The notes below the pieces were generated by a model. It saw only the letters and a program-made list of their open reading frames with translations. It did not search any database and was not told the DNA's origin. 64,000 nucleotides of DNA from Azolla caroliniana (taxonomy: Eukaryota > Plantae > Polypodiophyta): contig JBHGNT010000008.1 of NCBI GenBank assembly GCA_043228905.1, positions 20,894,001 to 20,958,000 on the forward strand. The letters are read 5' to 3'. Of the stretch, positions 35,745 to 48,300 are shown piece after piece. Position 1 is the first letter of the stretch. Every line of letters begins with the position of its first letter. A program made the position numbers and the translations under genes.

Positions 35745-38100
35745 ATGCCAGCAGCTGCTCAGCCCATCTCCACCCAGAGTGCCACCGCGCAACCCAGCGC
35801 CATCCAACGTGTTACCGCCGCTCAGCCTGCTATTGTCGATGGGTGTTTAAATCCTGTCACGGTAGGTTTACGGTTTATTGTGTCTGCCATAATAGCTATA
35901 GAAAAGCCGGTGGTCCTCATTCATACACCTGTGAATCGGGAGCAGTTGTTGCGTCATTGCGAATTTTCTAATCGGGCCTCCCGTATAACGAACCCGGATA
36001 TCTCACTTATTTTGAACATCGTTGTAAAACTCCTATTGTAAGAATAGGATCAGGCACAAGTAGTAAGAGAGATACGACATATAGAGAAGAGGACTTTCAT
36101 TGCACATGTTTTGGGAATTCGTCCTCGACGCGTTGACCTTCGTTTATTCTTGCACGCGGCATTGAAACAAGAGATTGATAACATCACAGATGTAGAAATA
36201 CTTGGACAGAATTACTATTAGATAGAGTTCGAGCTGGAACGAATGGTGTCGATCTTGTTGGAGAAGTTGTGGCACGCACGGGAGGATGGGTATCCTTCCA
36301 TAGATGGATTCACAACTTCTTTGCAAATCTGGTACTTCATGAGTTAGATTTATATCATACATGTATGGTGGTGTTTCCCAATTTGCGTAAAGAATGGATG
36401 CCTTTCGTGCGTCTAACTACTGGTAATATTGGTACAGTTTTGGAAAACTATGATAAGCCCCATCAGATCGAAGAAAAGCCAATGGGAGCTGCATTTGCAA
36501 AAAGTTTTGATTTCTAAATTCGCATTTCTACCCTCAAATATATTGTTGCCCAATTTACTTGACACAAGCCATGCATCTTTTTATCGAAAAATATTGTATA
36601 GGGGCTTACCAAATCAATGTTTTTGTTGTTTTAGATTTGGACATTTGGCAAAAAATTGCCCAAAAATTACTAAAAATACCGATAAGTATGTCCCTATCAC
36701 AAATATAATGTCTTCTCAAGATAGATCTGATGGCTGGACTGAGGTGGGGCGTAGGAAGACACCTTCACAAGTATCTCATAATAAACCTCACCATGTGTCT
36801 AGTAATAGCCTAAAAGAATTTCCTCCCTTACAAAATAGGTATTCTGCTCTGTATGTAAACAAGACCGTTTACATGAGGTGAATGTTTTGGACCACTCATC
36901 ATCCCACCTTCCTCAACAGAGGTTGGACCCAAATTCTTCCTCAAAAGACAGATCCGCATTCCATCCAGTTACTTAAGTCCTTCCTGAGGTTGGTAGTAGG
37001 CCAACCGCCCTTGAAAATATTGAAGAATCAACAACTATCTACATCTGTTAATTTGGCTTATTCTAAAAAATCAAAAAAGGAAAAGGTTGTTTCCATTCAA
37101 CATACAATGGATGTGGAAATGCCTCAAAGTGTCACGAGAATTGAAGCAAACCAACAGCACGAAGTCTCGGGTAATTCAAATCCTGTCGATAATCTCTTAG
37201 GAAAACTTATTTCTGGTCAACCAAATAGTATGGGTCTTCAAATGGCTAAGGGTGTAGATAAACTCCCTTGTGTTGGATTTCAATTTACAGCTTCACAAGA
37301 TTCTTTGACAATTCGAACCACTCGAAAGCAGTTTAAGGAACATAGGGTGCATAAGTATGCAAGGAATTATTTGGTTTTGAAAAGACAAGCAAGAGCTCAG
37401 AAGGGTGCTCAAAAAGGTCTTCAAGAGGCTTTGCTTGAGAAAAGGACATCACTAAAACCTATGTAATATGGACACCTTCCATTTTCTTTCCTGGAATGTA
37501 CAAAGCCTCGGTGGACAGGCCTTCTGTAGACTTAAAGAACTCTTATGATCAGATTTAGGTACTCCTATTGTTGGTATTATTGATCTTTTGGTTCTACAAG
37601 AGCATCACATGTGCATGGATAGGATTCGGAAATATGGTTCCATTTTACCAGGACGAAGAACTCATTTCTAGGTTCTTGCATTTGGCCCTAATGGCCATCA
37701 GACTGGATTATGCATTCTTATTACACAACAATTGAAGTCTAACATCGTGTGAGCAGTTACTACTATGAATAAACAGGCACAATTCATTATTTTAAAAAGA
37801 GGATCCTAGAAGGTTGGGCTCATGAATCTCTATGCCCCTAATTCAGCGTCAGAAAGGGTAGATTTATGGTTATCTCTTTCTGATTATGCGGATTTAGCGG
37901 ATTGCTGGTTGGTGGGAGGTGACTTCAATATGATTAAGGATATTACTAATAGATTGGGAGGTGTAGGTACTACTATTTCAAGATGGGAGGCTAAGTGTTG
38001 GAATTATTTTTGTTTTGCCTTTGGTTTGCTTGATTTATAGAATGTACACTCATATTCACACATACAAAGATCCCTTCAGTTCTCTCGATCAGATGGGAGG
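35745..38100 (+). mobile_element. Second LINE: ORF1 (zinc knuckle) and ORF2 endonuclease start, 3' end lost
   Basis: YRGLPNQCFCCFRFGHLAKNC; ORF2 from 37468 FLSWNVQ, NLYAPN, LVGGDFN. Confidence 0.85.
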
Positions 38101-40620
38101 GTAGCTGTTTGAGACATATAAATGTCTTCTTCCAAATCTCCGTCCATGTAAGGGTATATTGAGATAGCAACGTTTTTTTTTTCCAAAAAATGAAATAGCA
38201 ACGTATTGTCGAATTACCTATACAACACAAACAAGGTTGAAATAACCGAGTTGAAGGAGGGATATTGAGATAATAAGATCAACAACCTAGGATACCTTTT
38301 TTTTAAAGACCAGCATTAACTTCGTAAATGCGATATGCTTTTGCATTAAATGAAGGGGTTACTTTGATAACCCACTCATTATCCACCATCCTATCTTGCT
38401 TGGTATTATTTATGCTCTTTCACGTATATTGTGTATCTCTTCTCTCATACATACATATTGTACACAATATAAGATATAACTTGATCCACTACATAGAAAT
38501 ATGTGCTCTATTTCTTCATAGTAAACTTATTTGCATACATGGGAAGCCTTCCCTAAACTATAGAGATATTATAACTAACTTCATGATTGGTTAGCACTAA
38601 AATAGGGTTTCAAAGAGGTTTTGTTTCAAATTTATACCTAGAATACATAAATTTAAAGTTTAGAGTTTAAGGAGTATTTTTATTAATCATGACTCATTAG
38701 TATACATACACGAAAAGGTACTTAAAAGAATTCACAAAGTCATTATAAGGGTTTCAAACATGTTGACACCGTCTTTAAATATAATGAATTCCCCTTTGTC
38801 TTAAGAATGGTTAATCTTTTCACACGTAATGAAAACCTCTTGTTTCAAGAGTGATCAATAGCATATTGTGCAAAAGGTTCAAGTTTAGAAAGTGGGTAAG
38901 GTTCTATACTTGATAAGTGTCCATTACATTCTCCCAATGACGGTGTACATGACAACTCATGAAAATAAGGTTAAAATCATAAAAAAAGACTATCCCCCTA
39001 CTTGCTCATTAGTAAAGTGGGCCAACATTGTTTGTTCATATTGAGTTTGTGTAGACCACTCCATAGCTCGTTTTACTTGCATTCAACCATGTTAACATGA
39101 TGTTGTTTGAATGCCTTCAAGTGGGCCACGAAGATTTCCACATTTTTGCTTCAGCGCCTCAAGCTCCGAATTAATGTGAGAGCATGACAAGCTTTATCAT
39201 CAAATATGCTCGAATAAGCTCCCAACGACCGTGTACATGACAACTCATGAAGATAAGGTCAAACTCATAAAAAAGACTATCCCCCCTACTTGCTTATTAG
39301 TAAAGTGGGCCAACATTGTTTGTTCATATTGAGTTTGTGTAGACCACTCCATAGCTCTTTTTGCTTTCATTCAACCATGTTAACATGATGTTGTTTGAAT
39401 GGCTTCAAGTGGGCCACAAAGATTTCCACATTTTTGCTTTAGTGCCTCAAGCTTCGCATTAATGTGAGAGCATGCCAAGCTTTATCATCGAATATGCTCG
39501 AATATGCGTCTGCATAGTGTTGATTGACTTACATCATGTTTATGCATATATATAGATATATATATATATATATATATACTATATATATATATATAAATAT
39601 ATCTCCATATGAAATTGTTTTATTAAGTTTGATTTATTATTAAGATCAACAACCTAGGATACCTTTTTTTTAAAGACCAGCATTAACTTCGTGAATACGA
39701 TATGCTTTTGCATTAAATGAAGGGGTTACTTTGGTAACCCACTCACTATCCACCATCCTATCTTGCTTGGTATTATTTATGCTCTTTCGAGTATAATTGT
39801 GTATCTCTTCTCTCATACATACATATTGTACACAATATAAGATATAACTTTATCCACTACATAGAAATATGTGCTCTAGTTCTTCATAGTAAACTCATTT
39901 GCATACATGGGAAGCCTTCTCTAAACTATAGAGATATTATAACTAACTTCATGATTGATTAGCACTAAAATAGGGTTTCAAAGAGGTTTTATTTCAAATT
40001 TTTACCTAGAATACATAAATTTAAATATTAGAGTTTAAGGAGTATTTTTATTAGTCGTGACTCATTAGTATACATACATGAAAAGGTACTTGAAAGAATT
40101 CACAAAGTCATTATAAGGGTTTCAAACATGTCGACACCCTCTTTAAATATAATGAATCCCCCTTTGTCTTAAGAATGGTTAATCTTTTTACACGTAATGA
40201 ACACCTCTTGTTTCAAGTGTGATCAATAGCATATTGTGCAAAAGGTTCAAGTTTAGAAAGTGGGTAAGGTTCTATGCTTGATAAGTGTCCATTATATTCT
40301 CCCAATGACGGTGTACATGACAACTCATGAAGAAAAGGTCCAAATCATAAAAGAAGACTATCCCCCTACTTGCTAATTAGTAAAGTGGGCCAACATTGTT
40401 TGTTCATATTGAGTTTGTGTAGACCACTCCATAGCTCGTTTTGCTTGCATTCAACCATGTTAACGTGATGTTGTTTGAATGGCTTCAAGTGGGCCACAAA
40501 GATTTCCACATTTTTGCTTTAGTGCCTCAAGCTCCGCATTAATGTGAGAGCATGACAAGCTTTATCGTCGAATATGCTCGAATATGCGTCTCCATAATGT
40601 TGATTAACTTACGTCATGTC

Positions 40621-43169
40621 CAGGGCCTAAAATTGACGGGTTAGTCTTAAAGTTTTTTGACGGGCATTTTTTAAAGATGTATGTCATATGACAGAAGATT
40701 GCAAAAACTTAACATGTCATTTGACATACAGATTTTAGACATGAAAAGCTCTATGTAATGTTACATTGTTATATATTTTATTGCTATAGAAAGTACACAA
40801 ATGAACATAACTACCTCACAAAGATAATGAAATACGTAAAATAAATATCATGTTTATGTTTTAAAGCCAAAGCACAAGCAAGATATTTATCAATAATCAT
40901 AATCTATTCTTGCAACTTACATAGATGGTAACTTACATATTTAAAATGTTGAAGCTTGAGCCTAGCCTTGAAGGATGTCTTCTTCTATTGTTGCTGCAGA
41001 ATAACTACATATAAAATCAATCATTTTTAAGTGGATTGTGGAACAATAACTTGTTACCCTAGTAGTACTCACTCACCTTTTTTTTTTCTTTCCAAAAAAC
41101 ACTCACATATTTTTCTATGCTAATAAGTTATTACTAACCTTAATTTTTTAATAAAGCATAGATGATAGTAATGACTTAACAATAATAGAAACAATGGTAA
41201 GTAAAAGTTTTAGTTTTAACTTAAAACCTATGTACTAAAAGTATTTCATTTCAATATAATATAAACAGTTAAGTTATTGCTTAGATAATACAAAACCTAT
41301 ATTGTATTATATTACATAATGTGATAGATGGTAACTTACATATTTAAAATGTTAAAGTTGGATGGATGTATCATGTATTCTTTTATTGTTGTTGCTGAAC
41401 AACTATATGTAAAATCAATCATTTTCAAGTGAAACAATAACTTGCTACCCTAATAGAAGTACTTACTCACCTATTTTCTATATCAATAAGTTATTACTAA
41501 GTTCTAACCTTAGTTTTTTAATAAAGCATAGATGATAGTTATAACTTATTAGTAATAACTTAATAATTATAAAAAGGATGGCTAGTAAAAGTTTTAGTTT
41601 TAACTTAAAACTTTTGTACTAAAAGTATTTCATTTCAATATAATACAAACAACCAAGTTATTAAGTAATACAAAAACTATATTGTATAAAATTAAATAAT
41701 GTGATAGATGGTAACTTACCTATTTAAAATGTTGAAGCTTGAGCCTAGCCTTGAAGGATGTCTTCTTCTATTGTTGCTGCAGAACAACTACATATAAAAT
41801 CAATAATTTTTAAGTGGAACAATAGCTTACTACCCTAATATAAGTACTTACTCACTTATTTTTCTATACTAATAAGTTATTACTAACCTTAATTTCTTCA
41901 TAAAGCATAGATGATAGTTATTAGTAATAACTTAATAACTATAAAAAGAATGGTAACTGTTAAAAGTTTTAATTTTAACTTAAAACTTGTGTATTAAAAC
42001 TATTTCATTTCAATATAATACAAACAGCCAAGTTATTGTTTAAATAATACAAAAACTATATTGTATAATATTACATAATGTAATAGATGGTAACTTGCCT
42101 ATTTGAAATGTTGAAGCTTGAGCCTAGCCTTGAAGGATGTCTTCTTCTATTGTTGCTGTAGAAATACATATGAAATCAATAATTTTTAAGTGAAACAATA
42201 GCTTGCTACCCTAATAGAAGTACTTACTCACTTATTTTCTATACTAATAAGTTATTACTAACCTTAATTTCTTCATAAAGCATAGATGATAGTTATTAGT
42301 AATAACTTAATAACTATAAAAAAGGATGGTAACTATTAAAAGTTTTAATTTTAACTTAAAACTTGTGTATTAAAAGTATTTCATTTCAATATAATACAAT
42401 CAGGCAAGTTATTGCTTAAGTAATACAAAAACTATATTGTATAATATTACATAATGTAATAGATGGTAACTTACCTATTTAAAATGTTGAAGCTTAAGCC
42501 TAGCCTTGAAGGGTGTCTTCTTCTATTGTTGCTGCAGAAAAACTACATATAAAATCAATAATTTTTAAGTGGACTGTGGAAGAATAGCTTGCTACCCTAA
42601 TAGAAGTACTCACCTTTGTTCTGTACTAATAAGTTATTATTAACCTTAATTTTTTAATAAAGCATAGATAATAGTAAAATGTAATAACTTATAACTATAA
42701 GTATAAAAAGATGGTTAGTAAAATTTTTAGTTTTAAATTAAAACTTAAATTAAACCTAGAGTCTAGACTCTACACTCTAGTATATTAGAATTTAAAGTAT
42801 TTTTTTTTTCGAAAAAAAAAGTATATTAGAGTATTTAATAAATGACTAATGTTATTGTTAAAATTTTAAATCGATTTGAGAATTTATATCATAAATCATG
42901 ATTCATCATTACAATTTACAACTTACAATTTATATTTTTTATTTTAAGTGTGTTTTTAAAAAACATATAAGATATATATATATATATATATATATACTAG
43001 TAACTAAATACATATATATAAACTTAGAAGTTATAATATTGTCATATTAATATATATTAGACTAGACTCTTAATTCTCAGGACCTAGTATATTACACACT
43101 TTATACTAGTAACTTAGTAAGTTGTAACTACATACTACACACATAGTTATAACTTATAACTTATTAGTT

Positions 43170-43211
<42 letters not shown>

Positions 43212-43439
43212 TATATATCTATATATATATATTATATATATATATATATATATATTATATAGACATGGAAATTAGAATTTTAGCATGTCATTTGACATGG
43301 ATAATTTTTAGTGGCCTTTCATATGAAAAGGAAAATTTTATACTTTATATGTCATTTGACGGACATTTTTATTAGATGTATGTTTTTGACGGGCAAAATG
43401 GCCTTTGACGGGCATTACACCCGTCAAATTTTTGCCCTG
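40621..43439. mobile_element. Non-autonomous hAT DNA transposon (2.8 kb)
   Basis: TIRs CAGGGCCTAAAATTGACGGG / CCCGTCAAATTTTTGCCCTG; perfect 8-bp TSD GTCATGTC; subterminal TGACGGG/TGACAT repeats; empty site visible in unit 1 near 39533-39540. Confidence 0.93.
40921..42745. repeat. ~380-bp tandem repeat, about 4.8 copies, inside the hAT element
   Basis: ATAGATGGTAACTT at 40921, 41324, 41704, 42083, 42459. Confidence 0.92.
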
Positions 43440-43535
43440 GTCATGTCTATGTATATATATATAAATATATGTATACATCTCCATATGAAATTGAGTTATT
43501 AAGTTTGATTTATTATTGATTTTTGAATCAGTTCT

Positions 43536-44255
43536 ATGGGTGTCGCCGGCATCATCACTAGCGACATCTTCAATCGGTTCCTCTCAGAACGGGAATTCTC
43601 CCCGGCCAATGGCTTCTACACTTATGCATCCTTCCTTGCGGCAGCTTCTGCGTACGAGAGCTTCGGGACCACTGGCAGCTCTGATGTCCAGAAGCGTGAG
43701 CTCGCTGCATTCTTCGCCAACATTGCCCATGAGACAGGAAGTATGTGACACAACCAAAAAGATGCTTTCTATAGCAAAAAATTCATCAATGTATGAAGCC
43801 ATGATGTGTTGGTATATATATATTTGTGGTCTCAGGTGGACAATATGCTGGAGGAGATTAACAAGGAAACTCTTTGTGACACGTCATTTGGCGTCCCTTG
43901 CGCCCCCGGGAAACAGTACTACGGTCGCGGCCCATCCAACTCTCGTGGAACTACAACTACCAGGCGGCCGGAGAAGCCATCGGGTTTGATGGAATCAACA
44001 ATCCCGAGATTGTCGCGTCCGATCCCATCATCTCCTTCAAGACGGCCATCTGGTTCTGGATGACGAGCTCATCACCAACTTGTCACAATGCCATCGTGGA
44101 CGGCATCGGGTTCGGTGGCACGATCAGGGCTATCAATGGGGCCATCGAGTGTGAAGCAATGCTTCTAACCCGGGCGCCCGACAACACCGGATCCAACTCT
44201 ACCAGTCGTTCTGTGACACCTTGGTGTAGACCCGGGATCCAACCTCTCTTGTTAA
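43536..44255 (+). CDS. GH19 chitinase, catalytic domain only, loop-reduced (class IV-like); intron 43741-43835; several 1-nt indels in this assembly
   Basis: [67 protein letters not shown]; GT…AG intron. Confidence 0.9.
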
Positions 44256-44371
44256 AAAACATGTGTCATTTGATGATGCTAACAAGTCTTGCGGAATAAT
44301 GTGCATCTTGGAATGATATACCTTAGCCATCACATCACATGAATAATGGCCCTATTCTATCATTCTCATTA

Positions 44372-44471
44372 NNNNNNNNNNNNNNNNNNNNNNNNNNNNN
44401 NNNNNNNNNNNNNNNNNNNNNNNNNNNNNNNNNNNNNNNNNNNNNNNNNNNNNNNNNNNNNNNNNNNNNNN
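44372..44471. other. Assembly gap (100 N)
   Basis: Run of N with about 400 bp repeated on both sides. Confidence 0.99.
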
Positions 44472-44473
44472 AA

Positions 44474-44757
44474 GAAGCCATCGGGTTTGATGGAATCAAC
44501 AATCCCGAGATTGTCGCGTCCGATCCCATCATCTCCTTCAAGACGGCCATCTGGTTCTGGATGACGAGCTCATCACCAACTTGTCACAATGCCATCGTGG
44601 ACGGCATCGGGTTCGGTGGCACGATCAGGGCTATCAATGGGGCCATCGAGTGTGGAAGCAATGCTTCTAACCCGGGCGCCCGACAACACCGGATCCAACT
44701 CTACCAGTCGTTCTGTGACACCTTGGGTGTAGACCGGGATCCAACCTCTCTTGTTAA
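44474..44757 (+). other. Second copy of chitinase 3' coding region, probably contig-overlap duplicate
   Basis: Matches 43973-44255 except for homopolymer indels; 3' UTR also repeated. Confidence 0.75.
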
Positions 44758-45301
44758 AAAACATGTGTCATTTGATGATGCTAAACAAGTCTTGCGGAAT
44801 AATGTGCATCTTGGAATGATATACCTTAGCCATCACATCACATGAATAATGGCCCTATTCTATCATTCTCATTGAATAATAAATCTAGCCTTTACCCACT
44901 CTAGGGTGTAGATCCAAGTTCCAACCTCTCTTGTTAAAAAACATGTGTGTCATATGAAGATGCTAACAAGTCTTGCTGAATAATGCATCTTGGCATGATC
45001 TGCTTTGGCCATCACGTGAATTATGGCCATATTGTAACATTCTCATTGAATAATAGATCTAGCCTTTACCCACTTTTTCAAAATGTCTTGACTCTTTGCT
45101 AATGGAATCGTAAACAACATTGCAAGCTTAACATAACATACCATGATTGCCATCGGTCCTAGAAATCTCAATTCATTGCGTACATTGTATTGTTATCTAG
45201 CTATCAATGCGAGAAAATGGAATTTGTTTGGAACCTCCTTATATATATGCTATGTATAGGTGGTAGATGTACAAGTTTCTCCCAACATTCAAATAGAGTA
45301 T

Positions 45302-48300
45302 TGTTGAGAAATCGATGCTAAATAGATCACAATAAATGAACTATCCGCGGAAATACGAATTACAGAAATGCCAAAAAAACAAGACACACTACAGTGCACA
45401 GAGATTTACGTGGAAACCCTAAAACGGGGAAAACCATGGGTGAACAGATTCTTCACTATAGTATAGTGGATATACAATATATAGATGATTACAACACTCT
45501 GTCGAGTGTATTAGCCGCATAGGGCTCTTCACGTCTGATGTTACCTCTCTCACGCTCTCTTGCGTTCTACGACTTCTGCACTTACACTGTTCTACCTAAA
45601 AGTTTGCCCTACTTGCATATATATACTTATGCAACTTTCTGGTTATTTACAAATATAGTCTCCCGAGTTGGGTATTTACACGATTCTGGTTTCAGCCGAC
45701 TCTTCGACTGTCGGCTTTCCGAATAGTCGGATCATCCTCCCACTAGAGGGACATATTCCCAACAAACTCCCCCTTCACTCCTGTGGGAGGAAATCTGTTA
45801 GTCCTGTATTTTGTCGACAGAATCTGAGTCTGTCCATAGGTAGGTTCTTCGTCAGCATGTCAGATCCATTGTCGTTGGTATGGATCTTCACAAGGGAAAA
45901 CTCTCCTTCTTCGACTCTCTCCCACAACTAGTTATACCTTCTCTATATGTGCTTGGTCCGGGAGTGGGTATGCCGCGTTCTTGGCTAGGTGTATGGCGCT
46001 TTGACTGTCACAGTGAAGCAAGAACTCCTTTTGCTCCATGGCTAGTTCGGTAAGAAAAGTTCTCATCCAGATCAGCTCTTTTCTGGCCTCTACCGTTGCC
46101 ATATACTCTGCCTCTGTAGTCGACGAGGCTACAGACTTCTGCAGTCGTGATTGCCATGACATTGCTCCCCCTGCATAGGTCATCAGGTACCCTGACCTGG
46201 ATCGGCTTGAGTCGACATCTCCTGACATGTCCGAATCGGTAAAACCTTCCAGCATAGGTTTTTCGACACCATACCTTAGGCACACACCTGAGGTGCCCTT
46301 TAAGTACCTGAGTATCCACTTCACTGTTGCCTAGTGTTCTCTCCCTGGATTACTCATATATCGGCTTACTGCTCCCACAACAAATGCTAGTTCCGGTCTC
46401 GTACAGACCATAGCATACATTAGACTGCCGACAACCGAGGCATATGGTACCTTCTTCATCTCAGCCTTAGGCACACACCTAAGGTGCCCTTTAAGTACCT
46501 GAGTATCCACTTCACTGTTGCCTAGTGTTCTCTCCCTGGATTACTCATATATCGGCTTACTGCTCCCACAACAAATGCTAGTTCCGGTCTCGTACAGACC
46601 ATAGCATCATTAGACTGCCGACAACCGAGGCATATGGTACCTTCTTCATCTCAGCCTTAGGCACACACCTGAGGTGCCCTTTAAGTACCTGAGTACTCAC
46701 TTCACCGTTGCCTAGTGTTCTCTCCATGGATTACTCATATATCGGCTTACTGCTCCCACAACAAATGCTAGTTCCGGTCTCGTACAGACCATAGCATACA
46801 TTAGACTGCCGACTACCGAGGCATATGGTACCTTCTTCATCTCAGCCTTAGGCACACACCTGAGGTGCCCTTTAAGTACCTGAGTATCCACTTCACTGTT
46901 GCCTAGTGTTCTCTCCCTGGATTACTCATATATCGGCTTACTGCTCCCACAACAAATGCTAGTTCCGGTCTCGTACAGACCATAGCATACATTAGACTGC
47001 CGACAACCGAGGCATATGGTACCTTCTTCATCTCAGCCTTAGGCACACACCTGAGGTGCCCTTTAAGTACCTGAGTATCCACTTCACCGTTGCCTAGTGT
47101 TCTCTCCCTGGATTACTCATATATCGGCTTATTGCTCCCACAACAAATGCTATGTCCGGTCTCGTACAGACCATAGCATACATTAGACTGCCGACGAACG
47201 AGGCATATGGTACCTTCTTCATCTCATCCTTTTCCTTCTGCCCTTTCGGACACTGCTTCGCATTCAATCTAAAATTTGTCGGCAACACTGAGCCGACCAG
47301 CTTTGCGTTGAACATGTTGAACCTCTCTAGGATCTTCGTCACATACTTCTGTTGTGAGAACCATAGCACCTTTCGAGCTCTGTCTTGGGTTATGTGCATT
47401 CCTAGGATTTGCTTTGCCGGTCCAAGGTCTTTCATGGGAAATGATTTGCCGAGAACTTTCTTCAAGCTTCTGATCTTCCTTGCATCTTGGCCGACTATCA
47501 ACATATCATCAACATATAGCAAGAGAATCAACAAATCTCCTTCCTCATACCTTTTTACGAACACACAGTGATCAGCCTGTGTTTTCTAGAACTGATGTTC
47601 CATCATGAAGGACTCGAATTTCTTGTACCATTGGCGTGGAGCTTGTTTCAAACCGTACAAGCTTTTCCTCAGTCGACACACCAGATTCTCTTTCCCTTTC
47701 TCCTCAAAGCCTTTGGGTTGGTGCATGTAAATTTCTTCTTCTAGCTCCCCGTGCAAAAATGCGGTTTTGACATCCAACTGTTCGATCTCCAGGTCCAAAC
47801 TAGCCGCTATGCTCAGAATAGTTCGAATGGATGTCATCTTCACGACTGGTGCGAATATTTCGTTAAAGTCGATGCCCTTCCTCTATTGGAAACCCTTCAC
47901 CACTATGCGGCTTTATACCTAGGCTCGTTGTCGACTTCTCTAGTCTTCACCTTGTAGACCCATTTATTCCTGAGTGCTCTCTTACCTTCAGCAGCTCTGC
48001 CGACTCTGACTCATAGTCTGTCGGTCTTCCCGAGTCGACCGATCCGGATTCAGCTCTGTCGGCCAGCTGTCTCCTTATAATTGTCGGTGACGACCCACTT
48101 GGCCTTAAGTCGATGGTAGTCGAGGTTGACTGGGGAGTCGGTTCCGACTTTTGTTGCTTCCTATCTTCAATTGTCTTGTCTTCTAGAAAGACTACATCCC
48201 AACTTCTCACTACCTTCTTGTCAACTAAGTCCCACAACCGGTAGCCGAACTCATCTTCCGCATATCCCATGAATATGCATCCTTTCGACTTGTTGTCGAG

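Larger units (their letters stand above)
38273..43516. repeat. Tandem duplication upstream of the chitinase (unit 1 38273-39640; unit 2 39641-40620 plus 43448-43516); unit 1 has an internal ~290-bp duplication
   Basis: TAAGATCAACAACCTAGG at 38273 and 39641; both units end in ATTAAGTTTGATTTATTATT. Confidence 0.9.

Noticed and set aside
42950-43262. Long TA runs (also 39545-39600)
   Set aside because: Ordinary microsatellites.
43536-44255. Bacterial contamination or recent horizontal transfer of the chitinase
   Set aside because: Has a GT-AG intron and sits among plant transposons.
44474-44870. Second chitinase gene
   Set aside because: Abuts a 100-N gap and differs only by homopolymer indels; best explained as contig overlap.
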